A stretch of DNA of 64,000 nt from Candidatus Altimarinota bacterium (GCA_965250085.1 OZ252287.1:608001-672000); one strand, 5' to 3'; shown: positions 40,129-50,907, counted from the stretch's first letter. Made by a program: numbers and translations. The notes: generated by a model not told the origin, from the letters alone.

Positions 40129-41322
40129 CTACCGCTCCCACTCCCAGCGTCTTTTTTCGAGCCCAGATTCTCCTGTATGGGTATCAACAAGTCCTCCAAT
40201 ATTGAGTTGTACCGGCGTACGAACCTTTTCTCCAGAGGGAAGTTTGCGAACAACGATCATGGTAATATCATCTTCTTGTTTTTCGTATTCTTCCATGAAG
40301 GTACTAAAATCCTTCGTTACACCATCAAAGATTCGCTCTGCAGTTCCTCCTTTAACACAATATTTTCGAAATGATTCTTGCAGTGTGTCCACACTATACA
40401 TTTCTCCTTTTGGATTTTTTCCTTCGGTGATTCCATCGCTATAGAGCAAAATGACGTCATTCTCTTCGAGAGAAATATTTTTTTCTTCAATAAATGATTC
40501 CAAATCTGGCGCCATTCTGAGAGCTATTCCACCAGTAGGAATTTTTTCAACAATCCGTTTTTGAGCCCTGTAGATCAAAATATATTCATGACCTGCCCCT
40601 ATATAATGCATCTGCTGCTTGACCTCATCCCACCTGAGCATTACCAGTGTCATAAATTGCTGAGACTTGAGCCTTTGATGCAAAATAGTATTAATCTTAG
40701 TAAGGATTTCATGGGGGAACATGCCATGCCGTGCAAAAGCGTGAATGAGAGTATTGACCACCATCATGACCAGCCCTGCTGGAACACCGTGTCCCGTCAC
40801 ATCTCCAATATAAATAATCATATTATTGTTCTGTTTTAAGAAGTCAAAAGAATCTCCGCCCACCTGAGCCGCTGGACGAGTACGTGCTACAACATCAAGT
40901 CCCAAAATATCTGGAGCTTTTGAGGGGAGGATATCCTGCTGAATCCTTCGAGCAATATCAATCTCTGACATGAGTTTTTTATTTTCAATAATGTCTTTTG
41001 AAATATTTTCAACACTCAACGTTATCTTATTAAAAAAATGAGTGAGCACCCCTATTTCATCGGCAGAATGTGGATTGAGACGTTGATATTTTTTACCGGT
41101 CAATAAATGTTTTACTTCTGAAGTAAGGCGAAATACAGGGCTTGAAACAAGAAAAATAAAATACAAAAGAATCATTAAAAAAAGTGAAGGAATTCCTATA
41201 TATATAACAGATGGAGGAAAAGATTGAGTTCTCTCAAAAATATAGACCGCACTTCCAACAGCACAACCTCCGAGAAGAAGTAAAAATCCAAAGAACTTGA
41301 ATGTGAGGCTTCGAAGGATCAT
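40129..41322 (-). CDS. SpoIIE/RsbU-type PP2C phosphatase with two TM segments and HAMP
   Basis: DEIG, VGGD, GDVTGHG, YSDGITE and DDITM. Confidence 0.92.
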   Translation of the reverse strand: MILRSLTFKFFGFLLLLGGCAVGSAVYIFERTQSFPPSVIYIGIPSLFLMILLYFIFLVSSPVFRLTSEVKHLLTGKKYQRLNPHSADEIGVLTHFFNKITLSVENISKDIIENKKLMSEIDIARRIQQDILPSKAPDILGLDVVARTRPAAQVGGDSFDFLKQNNNMIIYIGDVTGHGVPAGLVMMVVNTLIHAFARHGMFPHEILTKINTILHQRLKSQQFMTLVMLRWDEVKQQMHYIGAGHEYILIYRAQKRIVEKIPTGGIALRMAPDLESFIEEKNISLEENDVILLYSDGITEGKNPKGEMYSVDTLQESFRKYCVKGGTAERIFDGVTKDFSTFMEEYEKQEDDITMIVVRKLPSGEKVRTPVQLNIGGLVDTHTGESGLEKRRWEWER

Positions 41323-41338
41323 GTTGGTATATTAAGGA

Positions 41339-42145
41339 TTAAGGATTATGTATTTGTTTTTGAAATTCATCGGGAGTGATATGAATCATTTTTGTCATTC
41401 CTACCAGATCAAAAATTTCGAATATTTTTTCAGGAACATTTTGGAGTACTAAGTCACCGTTTTTTTTCTTCATTTTTTGTTTCCAATCAGCAACTTTTGC
41501 AAGAAATGTAGAATTGCAAAATTCAAGATGTGAAAAATCTAAAATCAAAAGCGTCGGTTCTTCTATATCATCAATAAACGAATCTATTGGCTCTGTATTT
41601 TTTTGAAATGTCACATCATCTATCTGCCCAGAAATAGGAAGTTTTTCTAAAGGGAGATGTGGATTGGGAAGACTTTTAAGCGAAGTATTGGCATGTATTT
41701 TGGGTACAGATTCTTCGCCTTCCACCAATATTTTCGTAAAAATCATGCAAATACCTCCTCTGGTACCATCATGTACTTTCAAAGAATCTGCCCATTTGCT
41801 AGAAATTTGTGCAAGTCCTCGACCCGATTGCTTTCCGAGATCTGTATTCGATTCTTCTGCAACGATTATTTTTTTTAGCTCCTGGGCCGAAATTTTCTTT
41901 TCTCCTCCTTCGTCTTCAAGAGAAACTTGAAGAGTCGGGTCTTCAAACTCAAAAGTAATGTAAATATTCGATTCCTCTGTAGATCCATACCGAACTGCAT
42001 TCATGAACAATTCATCAAACACAAGCTGTAGGTGCGAAAGGGTGCTTCCTTCAAATCCACATTCTTGAAATACACACATTGCAATGCTCCTAAGAGCAGG
42101 AGCAAGGTGAATATTGGCAGGAATGGTGAGAGGATACCTCTTCAT
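41339..42145 (-). CDS. RsbW-like anti-sigma kinase fused to a STAS domain
   Basis: ELFMNAVRYG, EDEG and SGRGL; C-terminal FCNSTFL...FDLVG. Confidence 0.85.
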   Translation of the reverse strand: MKRYPLTIPANIHLAPALRSIAMCVFQECGFEGSTLSHLQLVFDELFMNAVRYGSTEESNIYITFEFEDPTLQVSLEDEGGEKKISAQELKKIIVAEESNTDLGKQSGRGLAQISSKWADSLKVHDGTRGGICMIFTKILVEGEESVPKIHANTSLKSLPNPHLPLEKLPISGQIDDVTFQKNTEPIDSFIDDIEEPTLLILDFSHLEFCNSTFLAKVADWKQKMKKKNGDLVLQNVPEKIFEIFDLVGMTKMIHITPDEFQKQIHNP

Positions 42146-42209
42146 GGAGTGTGTTTTAATCCTTTCATTGTACCAAAAAAAAGGAGCAAAAGGAAGAAAA
42201 GAACTACTC

Positions 42210-43004
42210 TTATACCACTTTTTTACTCTTTTTACCTCTTTTTTCTGATATGTAAAATATCCAGGCTCCGACGAGTATGACCAGCACTGAAAGAATTTGC
42301 CCTAGAGAAAAAATACCTACTGGAAATCCAATTTGTGGATCTGGTTCTCGAAAAAACTCCACGAAAAATCGGAAAATTCCATACACAATCAAAAATCCTC
42401 CAAACAGCCTTTTTCCGCCAATCTTTGTGTTCTGACACAGAAAAAAGAAAAGGAGAAACAAAATTGCATCTTTTCCAGCGGCATAAAGCTGTGATGGGTG
42501 GCGCATGATTCCATCACCAAAATTTATTGCCCATGAAACATCTGCCACCCTCCCTATGAGTTCTTTGTTCATAAAATTGGCAATTCTCCCCAACATCATT
42601 CCAAGAGCAATCGCTGGGGGGACAACTCCTGCCATGTTCCAAACGGGAATATTTTTTTTCTTGAGAAAAAAAATGGCCGCCAAAGCTCCTCCCAGTAATC
42701 CTCCATGAATACTCATTCCGCCTTGCCAGACAGCGAAAATGCTCCAGGGATTATGGACAAAATATTCAAAATTATAGACCACGATATAAAAAATACGTCC
42801 TCCGATGACGCCTCCGAGAAATGCCCAAAAAACAAAATCTAAAAGTGTTTCGTTTGAAATATGGAGATTTCGTTTTTTTGCAATATATCGCACCAAAAAA
42901 TAGCCAAGCACTGCTGAAAGTGCATACATGGCTCCATAAAAATATATCGGCACGGAACCGATTTGCACAATAATGGAGGGATCAGGAAAGAATTGGATAT
43001 TCAT
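42210..43004 (-). CDS. lgt: Prolipoprotein diacylglyceryl transferase
   Basis: GGRIFY, GGMSIHGG, GRIANF, HPSQLY and EFFR. Confidence 0.96.
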   Translation of the reverse strand: MNIQFFPDPSIIVQIGSVPIYFYGAMYALSAVLGYFLVRYIAKKRNLHISNETLLDFVFWAFLGGVIGGRIFYIVVYNFEYFVHNPWSIFAVWQGGMSIHGGLLGGALAAIFFLKKKNIPVWNMAGVVPPAIALGMMLGRIANFMNKELIGRVADVSWAINFGDGIMRHPSQLYAAGKDAILFLLFFFLCQNTKIGGKRLFGGFLIVYGIFRFFVEFFREPDPQIGFPVGIFSLGQILSVLVILVGAWIFYISEKRGKKSKKVV

Positions 43005-43015
43005 CGTGAGAGATT

Positions 43016-43828
43016 TTACTGAGTTTCTTCTGTAGCTACCAGAGCTAAATGATCCCCCAGAAATGGGGGATCTATTCCTGCAAGTGAAACTCTTTCACGA
43101 TACTGCGTAGATTGATCAAATATAATATCTGCAAGTTTTCCATGTTCACCATAAAGAAGTGGAATCAAAAACTGATATTCACGGCTTCTTTGTTTTCGTC
43201 GAGCTCGTAATTGGCTTCTCCCTTCATCGACATCTCTTCTCACAGCTCTCTCGAGAGTTTTATGAGGATCATCAACAATAAGCAAATGAATGACTTTTGT
43301 GTTCGTACTTCTTCGTAAAGGAGCAACTATTTCTGCATTCATAGATCCTTCTGTAATAATTTCTGATGCATTTTGAGGAACGGGGATAGAAAGCCCTTTC
43401 CCATTCTGCACTGTTCCTGTCATACGATCATAATATTGTGGAATATGAACATCACCACCCGTTTCCATTGTTTCCAATATGTTCACAAGAGCAAGCTTCA
43501 TAGCACCCTGGTCACAGTATAATTTTCGAAAGGCTTCAATTCCATCAAGCAACATTCCCTCTTCTCTTTCATGACCCTCCCTGTTTGTTGCCAGAAAAAG
43601 ATCCATCGGAAGTTCCACAGTCATGGATCTAGAAAGCCCTAGTCGTTCTCGTATTTCTTCAACCTGCCTTAAAAATGATGTCTTTCCGGTTCCAGGGAGT
43701 GCTGAAATTGAAAATAATAGCTTTTGATCATTTTGATTCTCCAACCAATCTTCATGTGCCTGTAAGATCATTCCCTGTAAATCAGAAATTTTAGAGGTTA
43801 ATTGTGGTTTTATGTCTAAAGACTTCAT
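43016..43828 (-). CDS. P-loop kinase (uridine kinase/PRK-like)
   Basis: ALPGTGKTS, MDLF, YDRMTG, ITEG and RAVRRD. Confidence 0.65.
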   Translation of the reverse strand: MKSLDIKPQLTSKISDLQGMILQAHEDWLENQNDQKLLFSISALPGTGKTSFLRQVEEIRERLGLSRSMTVELPMDLFLATNREGHEREEGMLLDGIEAFRKLYCDQGAMKLALVNILETMETGGDVHIPQYYDRMTGTVQNGKGLSIPVPQNASEIITEGSMNAEIVAPLRRSTNTKVIHLLIVDDPHKTLERAVRRDVDEGRSQLRARRKQRSREYQFLIPLLYGEHGKLADIIFDQSTQYRERVSLAGIDPPFLGDHLALVATEETQ

Positions 43829-43884
43829 ATATTCAAAAAATACAAGAGTATATTCTAATAATTCCTTAAGAAATAACAAGGTTT

Positions 43885-45128
43885 TTATGCTTTTCCTCTC
43901 ATCACTAGTGTCGCTTCCAGTCTTTCGAGAGCCGTAATAAATGCTGCTTGGCGCATAGTGCACCCATATTTCTTTTCATTTTCTACTACCTTAAGAAGCG
44001 CGTCTTCCATAATACATTTGAGTTTTTCCTGTATCACTTCTTCATCCCAATAGTGATTCGTGTTGTTTTGAACTTGCTCAAAGTATGAGACGGTCACTCC
44101 ACCAGCATTGGCGAGGATATCTGGGATTATTTCAAATCCTTTTTCTGTGAGGATTGCATCTGCTTCGGGAGTGATGGGGCCATTTGCCAACTCTACAATG
44201 ATAGGTGCTTTGACTTCACTGGCATTTTCAATAGTGATTTGATTTTCATATGCGGCAAGTACCAGAACGTCTACATTTGTAGTGAGAAGTTCTTCATTGG
44301 TGATTTTTTTTCCCTTGGATACGCCTGCACGGTGCGTTTTTCTCGTTTTACCTGCATTGCGATTTCTGGATCAAGTCCTCCCTCCACAAAGATTCCTCCT
44401 GCGGAATCAGAGACGGCTACTATTTCTACTCTTTTGGGTCCAAGTTTTTTGAGAATTTTTGCCATATTTGCTCCGGCATTTCCAAATCCCTGAATCGCAA
44501 CTCTCATTTTGACAGGGCACGATCCTTTGACATCACAAAATTTATGAATCACATAGGCCCCTCCCTGCGCAGTAGCAGTTGCACGCCCCTTGCTTCCCCC
44601 AAACTCCAGAGGTTTACCAGTAACCACTCCCAAAACGTTGTATCCACGAAGAGTGGAATATTCATCTGCGATCCAGCTCATGATTTGAGCATTCGTGTAC
44701 ACATCAGGAGCAGGGACATCTTTTTTAGGCCCAATAATAGGAGCAATACGACGAGTATATCCACGCGTCAGTGCTTCCAATTCTCGATCAGAAAGTTCTT
44801 TGGGATTACAAATCACCCCTCCTTTTCCTCCTCCGAGTGGAATATCTACTACAGCACATTTCATTGTCATCCATGCGGCAAGCGCCTTCACTTCGTCTAT
44901 GTTCACATCCCAATGATAGCGAATTCCTCCCTTTGCGGGTCCGCGCAGAGTAGAGTGCTGCACACGATAGCCCTCAAACACCTTTGTTTCTCCACTGTCC
45001 ATTTTTACTGGGACAGAAACATGTAAGATTCGTTCTGGTTTCCGAAGGATCTGTTGTACATCTTCGCGAAGATTCATGATCTTTGCCGCATCTTCTATCT
45101 GCCGGAGGGTACTTTCATACAGAGACAT
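43885..45128 (-). pseudogene. gdhA: Glu/Leu/Phe/Val (glutamate) dehydrogenase, split by a frameshift at an A8 run
   Basis: KGGIRY, GGGKGG, DVPAPD and GFGNAG in the first frame; the -1 frame from ~44311 continues KITNEELL...DVLVLAA.EN...ELANGP...[10 protein letters not shown]. Confidence 0.9.
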
Positions 45129-45328
45129 AGAAACAATTACGAGTTACGAATGCAGAATTACAAATATGAATTTCTAAAAGCTAATGGCTAAGAGCTAAAA
45201 GCTTACAAGATGTACCACTCAAAAACAGCGCATGTAACCTGATTGTAGTAAAGAAACAGGGAAAAGCGCAAATAAAAGGATTTTTGCTCTGCAAGAAATA
45301 TAACAATTTTTCATTTGAAAAAACTCTC

Positions 45329-45357
45329 TTGATTTTGTAGTACATATGTAATACAAT
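45329..45357 (+). promoter_or_regulatory. Toxin-antitoxin promoter with overlapping palindromic operator
   Basis: TTGATT-17-TACAAT; near-perfect palindrome TTGTAGTACATATGTAATACAA at 45335-45356. Confidence 0.7.
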
Positions 45358-45388
45358 AGACGTGTATTCACTAAAAAGAATCCCTAAA

Positions 45389-45670
45389 ATGCCCACTTCA
45401 TACGTTTCTAAAGATGCTTCTATACAAGTGCGTCTACCGGCAATAATAAAAACAAAAGCCAGAAAAAATGCCAAGGTTTTAGGTCTTTCTCTCTCTGATT
45501 ATCTTCGTTTTCTGATCATATCCGACACCAAGGAAGCAAAAATAACCGCTCAGAGTATACAGTTTTGGTTAGATGTACAAAAATCAGAAGAAGAATACAA
45601 AGCAGGTTTAGCAACAGAAACTTCTGCCCAAGATCTTATTCACATCGCTCAGCAAACCAGAAGTAAATAA
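45389..45670 (+). CDS. RHH-type antitoxin (RelB/DinJ-like)
   Basis: IQVRL...K..A...GLSLSDYLR ribbon-helix-helix. Confidence 0.75.
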   Translation: MPTSYVSKDASIQVRLPAIIKTKARKNAKVLGLSLSDYLRFLIISDTKEAKITAQSIQFWLDVQKSEEEYKAGLATETSAQDLIHIAQQTRSK

Positions 45671-45987
45671 TGAAAATTTTTAAATCACCACAGTTTGTTC
45701 GGCTTTTTAAAAAATACGTTCGTAAAGTAACAAGAAACCAATTGAAAGAAGTAGAGGTGAATCTTAAGATGTTTGAAAAAAACTGGAAAGATCCCAGACT
45801 AAAAACTCATAAATTAACTCAGGTAAAAGGGAAATGGGCATTTACTGTTTTGAGAGATAAAACAAGAAATGACCGAATCATTTTTATTTTTAAGATACAA
45901 AAACTAAAAAGAACAACAGAAAAAGCTATATGGTTATTAGGGGTAGGAACACATGATGAAGTGTATGGAAAACAAATAAAAAGATGA
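45670..45987 (+). CDS. RelE/YafQ-family toxin
   Basis: F.R.FKK, LKTHKL, RIIF and VGTHDEVY; TAATG coupling to the antitoxin. Confidence 0.8.
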   Translation: MKIFKSPQFVRLFKKYVRKVTRNQLKEVEVNLKMFEKNWKDPRLKTHKLTQVKGKWAFTVLRDKTRNDRIIFIFKIQKLKRTTEKAIWLLGVGTHDEVYGKQIKR

Positions 45988-46054
45988 TAAAAATTTCTAT
46001 TTGAAAAAATCTTCTGCTTTCCGCATGATCAGATCGCATGTTTTTTAATAAAAA

Positions 46055-46849
46055 ATGAAACAGTATCTTGATTTGGCACGCCATATTATGAAGCGTGGAG
46101 TGGACAAAGGCGATCGCACCGGTACTGGAACCCGAAGCGTGTTTGGGCATCAGATGCGATTTGATCTTTCCGAAAAATTTCCCTTACTCACCACAAAAAA
46201 AATGTTTCTTAAAGGAGTTATTTATGAGCTCCTTTGGTTTTTACAAGGAAGCACCAACACCAAGTACCTCACTGAGAACAACGTGCATATCTGGGACGAA
46301 TGGGCAGATGAAGACGGAGAACTTGGGCCAGTGTATGGGAGACAGTGGCGACACTGGGAGAGTAGAGACGGACGAGTAATTGATCAAATTTCTAAAATTG
46401 TAGACCAGATCAAAAAGAACCCTGACTCACGCAGGCATATTGTAAGTGCCTGGAATGTAGGAGAGATTGAGAATATGGCGCTTCCACCATGTCATCTCCT
46501 GTTTCAGTTTTATGTCGATGACGGTAAATTATCCTGCCAGTTGTACCAACGCAGTGCTGATGTCTTCCTCGGTGTGCCGTTTAATATTGCGTCCTATGCG
46601 CTTCTCACCCTGATGATGGCTCAGATATGCGACTTGAAACCTGGAGAATTTGTGCATACTTTTGGTGATGCGCATATCTATACTAACCATTTTGAGCAAA
46701 TTAAAGAGCAACTCAGTCGTAAGCCACTCACGCCCCCAGTTATGAAGATAAATCCTAATGTCAAAAATATCTTTGACTTTACCTTTGAGGATTTTGAATT
46801 GCAGGAATACGAATATCATCCAGCAATTAAGGGGAAAATATCTGTGTGA
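46055..46849 (+). CDS. thyA: Thymidylate synthase
   Basis: DRTGTGT, LPPCH and [14 protein letters not shown]. Confidence 0.98.
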   Translation: MKQYLDLARHIMKRGVDKGDRTGTGTRSVFGHQMRFDLSEKFPLLTTKKMFLKGVIYELLWFLQGSTNTKYLTENNVHIWDEWADEDGELGPVYGRQWRHWESRDGRVIDQISKIVDQIKKNPDSRRHIVSAWNVGEIENMALPPCHLLFQFYVDDGKLSCQLYQRSADVFLGVPFNIASYALLTLMMAQICDLKPGEFVHTFGDAHIYTNHFEQIKEQLSRKPLTPPVMKINPNVKNIFDFTFEDFELQEYEYHPAIKGKISV

Positions 46850-46893
46850 TCTGATGAAATAATACTTTAGAAACTTTATAGCTTTAAACTGAG

Positions 46894-49122
46894 TTATATC
46901 ATCGGTTCTTCAAATTCCACTTCCTGAAATTTTTCATTTGCTGGAGACGCTTTTTCTGTGCTTGCATCCACCTCTTCCCATGCAGAAATAACATTTTCTA
47001 CTTGCTCCTTGGGAAGGCAGTAGTTTTCACGTGAAAACTGGCGGGCGGCTTCGGCAGAGTTATTTTTGTTATCATAAAATATATCAAGTGTACGGGCAGA
47101 AAACGCCTGTGTGGTTTCTCCATTGATCGAAATCTTGCAGCAAAAGTCTCTCATCGCAAGATTAATAATATCCTTGGGGGTAAAAATTGGAGAATATTCT
47201 TCAGCAAGAATATCGGCGTCTTCCGCTCCGACACGAAAGGAGATAATGGATCCGATATTTCCAAAGACAGTGGTACGAATACGCTCTGAGAGTTGTCCCA
47301 TAAATTGATGAGCGAGAGTAATATTGAGACGGTATTTTCGGGCTTCAGAGAGGATTTCATCAAAGGTGTCAGTCGCAAAGTTGTGAAACTCATCCACATA
47401 AAAATAGAAATCCTGACGTTCTTCTTCTGGCGTATCCGCCCGTGCCATAGCCGCCTGATAAATCTTAGTGACTGCCATCGCTCCCATAAGTCCCGCATTC
47501 TCTTCTCCGAGGATTCCTTTTGACACCTTCATCAGAAGGATCTTTCCCTCATCCATGATCTGGCGAAAATCAATTTTATTTTCTGGCTGACCAACAATAT
47601 TTCGAATCATATTGGTAGCAACAAATTGCCCCATTTTATTGAGCAGTGGCGTGATGGCCTCAGCATCAAACTTTTCACTCCAGGCGGCGAATTCATTCAC
47701 CCAGAAGTTCTTTACAAAATCTTCTTCAATCCCACGAATAATATACTGACGATAATTCTTGTCCGTTAGCATCTTCATGATCGAGAGTACTGTAGTGTTG
47801 GGCGAATCCAGAAGCGCGAGGATAGTGTACCTCAGAACATGTTCGAGCTTGGCATTCCAGTTCGTACCAAAAAGTTTTTTAAAGATTTCTATAAACCCTA
47901 TGGTAACGCGCATTTTGAGCTCTGGGGGAACTTTTTCTAGCGGATTAAATCCAATAGGAAAGTCCATATCGGCCGGATCAAACAGTACGACATCTTTAAT
48001 TCGATTTTCCGGAATCATCTTGAGTACATTGTCTACGAGATCTCCATGGGGATCGAGAACACCCACTCCCCTCCCATTGATAAGATCGTTACGAATGAGG
48101 AGTTCTAGTAGTTTTGACTTTCCTGATCCTGATTTTCCTACGGTATATACGTGTCTGCGCCTATCAGCACGAAAAATTCCAAATGGAACTCGGGAATTAT
48201 GAAAATTTGTTTCTCCAAAAAATGAAATGTCAGGATTGTTTTGATCAATCGGAAGCGTAGATGGTGGATCTGATTTTTTACTGAGCACATAGACAATATT
48301 GGGTACTTCTCGATCGTTGGGAAGATGATACATAGTGGCAAGTTCTTCAAGTGAGTATTTGTGCCTTCGTCCCATTTTACGAGCTTTCATTGCTGCAAAA
48401 AATCCAGCTCCCTTTTTTGCGCCATTTTGCTTGATGCGATTGAGATCAAGAGTATTAAATTGTGAAAAAGCTCGTACAATAGAATTGAGACGTGCCTTTT
48501 GTTGCTGCTGAGTCGTGCCAAAAACACATACTCTCACCGATCCATCAAACATTCGATGGGTATTTTTCTTTTTAATCGCTTCTTTTATGAACTTTCGTAC
48601 TCCTCCTTTTTTAAACCAGAATTTGACTCGAAAAATATGACGAATGCCTTCCATCCACTTGCGAATACCTCTGAAAAAATGAAATCCTCCAGAGTCAAAC
48701 TGGGGCTTGATGATGTATTGAACAAGTACGCTCTCGTGAACCGGGGTTTTGGAAAGGGTAGAAAGGAGAGCGGCAAGTGAGTCGCCTTCAAACTCCTCAT
48801 AGGTTTTGAGCGGCAGCACATCTGTTTTTTGGAGTCCAAGTTCCGTGCCAAGAAATGTATTTTGTCCCTTGGAAAGATAGGAAAGGAAATCGGGTATTTC
48901 CAAAATATCTGCCTCTGGATAGAGTGAATAGAGCTGTCCACGAATAAGATCTCCGAGTTGGTCATCAGCACTAAATCCGAAGGAAATATGCTGTTGATGC
49001 GCAAACATTTCAAAACTTACTTGGCGGCTACCAAGACTCTCATGCAGAAGCTCAAGAAGCTGTTTGAATGTTTCTTCCTTTTTCTGATTGTTCGGCGGAA
49101 TCTTGACCAGAAACGTCTTCAT
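46894..49122 (-). CDS. HerA/DUF87/VirD4-like ATPase (CPR-type)
   Basis: RRHVYTVGKSGSGKS, DPHGD, YVDEFHNF and SEARKY. Confidence 0.85.
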   Translation of the reverse strand: MKTFLVKIPPNNQKKEETFKQLLELLHESLGSRQVSFEMFAHQQHISFGFSADDQLGDLIRGQLYSLYPEADILEIPDFLSYLSKGQNTFLGTELGLQKTDVLPLKTYEEFEGDSLAALLSTLSKTPVHESVLVQYIIKPQFDSGGFHFFRGIRKWMEGIRHIFRVKFWFKKGGVRKFIKEAIKKKNTHRMFDGSVRVCVFGTTQQQQKARLNSIVRAFSQFNTLDLNRIKQNGAKKGAGFFAAMKARKMGRRHKYSLEELATMYHLPNDREVPNIVYVLSKKSDPPSTLPIDQNNPDISFFGETNFHNSRVPFGIFRADRRRHVYTVGKSGSGKSKLLELLIRNDLINGRGVGVLDPHGDLVDNVLKMIPENRIKDVVLFDPADMDFPIGFNPLEKVPPELKMRVTIGFIEIFKKLFGTNWNAKLEHVLRYTILALLDSPNTTVLSIMKMLTDKNYRQYIIRGIEEDFVKNFWVNEFAAWSEKFDAEAITPLLNKMGQFVATNMIRNIVGQPENKIDFRQIMDEGKILLMKVSKGILGEENAGLMGAMAVTKIYQAAMARADTPEEERQDFYFYVDEFHNFATDTFDEILSEARKYRLNITLAHQFMGQLSERIRTTVFGNIGSIISFRVGAEDADILAEEYSPIFTPKDIINLAMRDFCCKISINGETTQAFSARTLDIFYDNKNNSAEAARQFSRENYCLPKEQVENVISAWEEVDASTEKASPANEKFQEVEFEEPMI

Positions 49123-49183
49123 ATCATCATTGTATCAGAAGATACCATTTGTACACCAAAATTCGTTATTTTGCAATGAGTTC

Positions 49184-49246
49184 CTCCCTTAACAAGGGAG
49201 ATTAGGTGGGTTTTAAACCCCTTTGAGTCCCCCTTTCCAAGGGGGA
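49184..49246 (+). repeat. REP-like double palindrome
   Basis: CTCCCTTAACAAGGGAG...TCCCCCTTTCCAAGGGGGA. Confidence 0.7.
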
Positions 49247-49248
49247 AG

Positions 49249-50907
49249 CTAATACACTTCTGTCAAATAGCACTCTTCACAATACACGATTTCTGGGCGA
49301 TCTGGATCATAACTGGTTTGGATTTCTTTCTTGCATTTTGCGCAATTGCGATCCCAGAGTTTCCGGGGATTACGCATATTGCTTCGCTTTTTGTGACGCA
49401 CCAAAAAATGCTCATGAGGAATGGGGAAATGCATTCGTCTATATAAATCAAGCTCTGCTCTTTGAATCTTAAAGAGTTCTCCAGAGGCGTGGCAGGCTAT
49501 CGCCCAGTTGAGAATATCATCTGGGATTGTATCAATTGTGTCCGGAAGTTTGGATGCAGGAATTTTTTTACTCACATCAGAAAAATCTGCTTCTTCATCA
49601 TCTTTCCATTTATATCCTTTTGCGAACGCTTCATCTTTAGACAGAGGATAGTAGTCTTGGGCCATAGTCTGGTTATAACCAAATGAAGAGATATGTATGG
49701 GAAAAAACTCTCCATATTCCCCTGTTTCAATCATATGCTTTTTGATTCGCGGGATGAGATCTTCATATTCTTCTTTGGTGTATTGTTTGTTCAAAATGCA
49801 GTACTGCTTGTGCCGAAGCCCCATACAGCCAAAAATGTGTGAGGAATGAGGAGAGTACATACAGTATTCTGCATCACTGCACTGTCCCAGTGAATGTGCA
49901 CAAAACTTCATATTATGTGATCCGTATCCACATACAGTGCACTCATACAGTAATTCTCCTTCACCACATTCATGAATATCCATACAGTTTTTTAGTGGCA
50001 TGAATCCCTGATAGATATATTTTGAATCCCAGAGATTTGAACTATCGAAGCAATGCTCTGCATTTTTACAGTGATCGAGGTATTCACCAAAGACGTTTTC
50101 ATTGTGCACGCCATGTAAATATTTTTGTGGAAATTTAATCTGAAATTTTTGAAATTCTTCACGAGTTTTTTGAACCTCTTTCCAAGATCTGAGTTTTTGT
50201 GCATATGATTCGTATGCTTCCTTTGTCGCTTCTTTATTGTGGATGTAATACCGTTTATTACGCAGGTTCACAGAAAAGATACAATTCTTGCAGCCAATAC
50301 AATTTTTAAGAAAATAGCTATCTGAACAACCTTCTGAGTCTTGGAGAAAAGACGAATTATAGCAATTATAGCTATCGACACATTCGTAGCACAGTTCGCA
50401 TTTACGAGCTCTGTAACAATCCATGCAGTTTTTACATCCGTTTATACTGTACCCATACAGACAATCCCAGTTTTCATCAGAGTCAAAAATGAAATAACAA
50501 TTTTTATTTTTCCCAGCATGATTGGTATATGGTGAGTTCTCATCAAATTGGTATCCAGTAAAAAGATTAGGGCGAGGCACTCTCTCAAAAAGATCTTTGA
50601 ATTGGTCAAAGAACGGCTTACTAAAGTCATATTCTCTTCCATATTCCAATGGATCCCATTTATCGCTATACCAAACTTCTTGACCATAAACCCTATATGG
50701 ACTTGACGAAGGGAAATTGGAAATAACATTTTTCCCTGTGAGGTCACACTTGCGCTTATAAAGAAAGAGTTGGTTTGGTTGTGCCAATCTACGTTGTTGG
50801 CGACAATCAATGCAGTGTGTTGGATTTGGAACATCTATTTTTTTATAAAACTCCTGGTCTTCAGGAAAAATATGGAATTCTGCCGAACAATTTATACAAG
50901 TTTTCAT
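49249..50907 (-). CDS. Cys-rich multi-CxxC protein, paralogue 3
   Basis: N-terminal CxxC...CxDCRQQRR, Cys-repeat core and C-terminal RNPRKLW...YCEECY. Confidence 0.85.
   Translation of the reverse strand: MKTCINCSAEFHIFPEDQEFYKKIDVPNPTHCIDCRQQRRLAQPNQLFLYKRKCDLTGKNVISNFPSSSPYRVYGQEVWYSDKWDPLEYGREYDFSKPFFDQFKDLFERVPRPNLFTGYQFDENSPYTNHAGKNKNCYFIFDSDENWDCLYGYSINGCKNCMDCYRARKCELCYECVDSYNCYNSSFLQDSEGCSDSYFLKNCIGCKNCIFSVNLRNKRYYIHNKEATKEAYESYAQKLRSWKEVQKTREEFQKFQIKFPQKYLHGVHNENVFGEYLDHCKNAEHCFDSSNLWDSKYIYQGFMPLKNCMDIHECGEGELLYECTVCGYGSHNMKFCAHSLGQCSDAEYCMYSPHSSHIFGCMGLRHKQYCILNKQYTKEEYEDLIPRIKKHMIETGEYGEFFPIHISSFGYNQTMAQDYYPLSKDEAFAKGYKWKDDEEADFSDVSKKIPASKLPDTIDTIPDDILNWAIACHASGELFKIQRAELDLYRRMHFPIPHEHFLVRHKKRSNMRNPRKLWDRNCAKCKKEIQTSYDPDRPEIVYCEECYLTEVY

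Noticed and set aside
43829-43963. N-terminal extension of the P-loop kinase ORF
   Set aside because: It overlaps the gdhA 3' end; ATG 43828 is the more plausible start.
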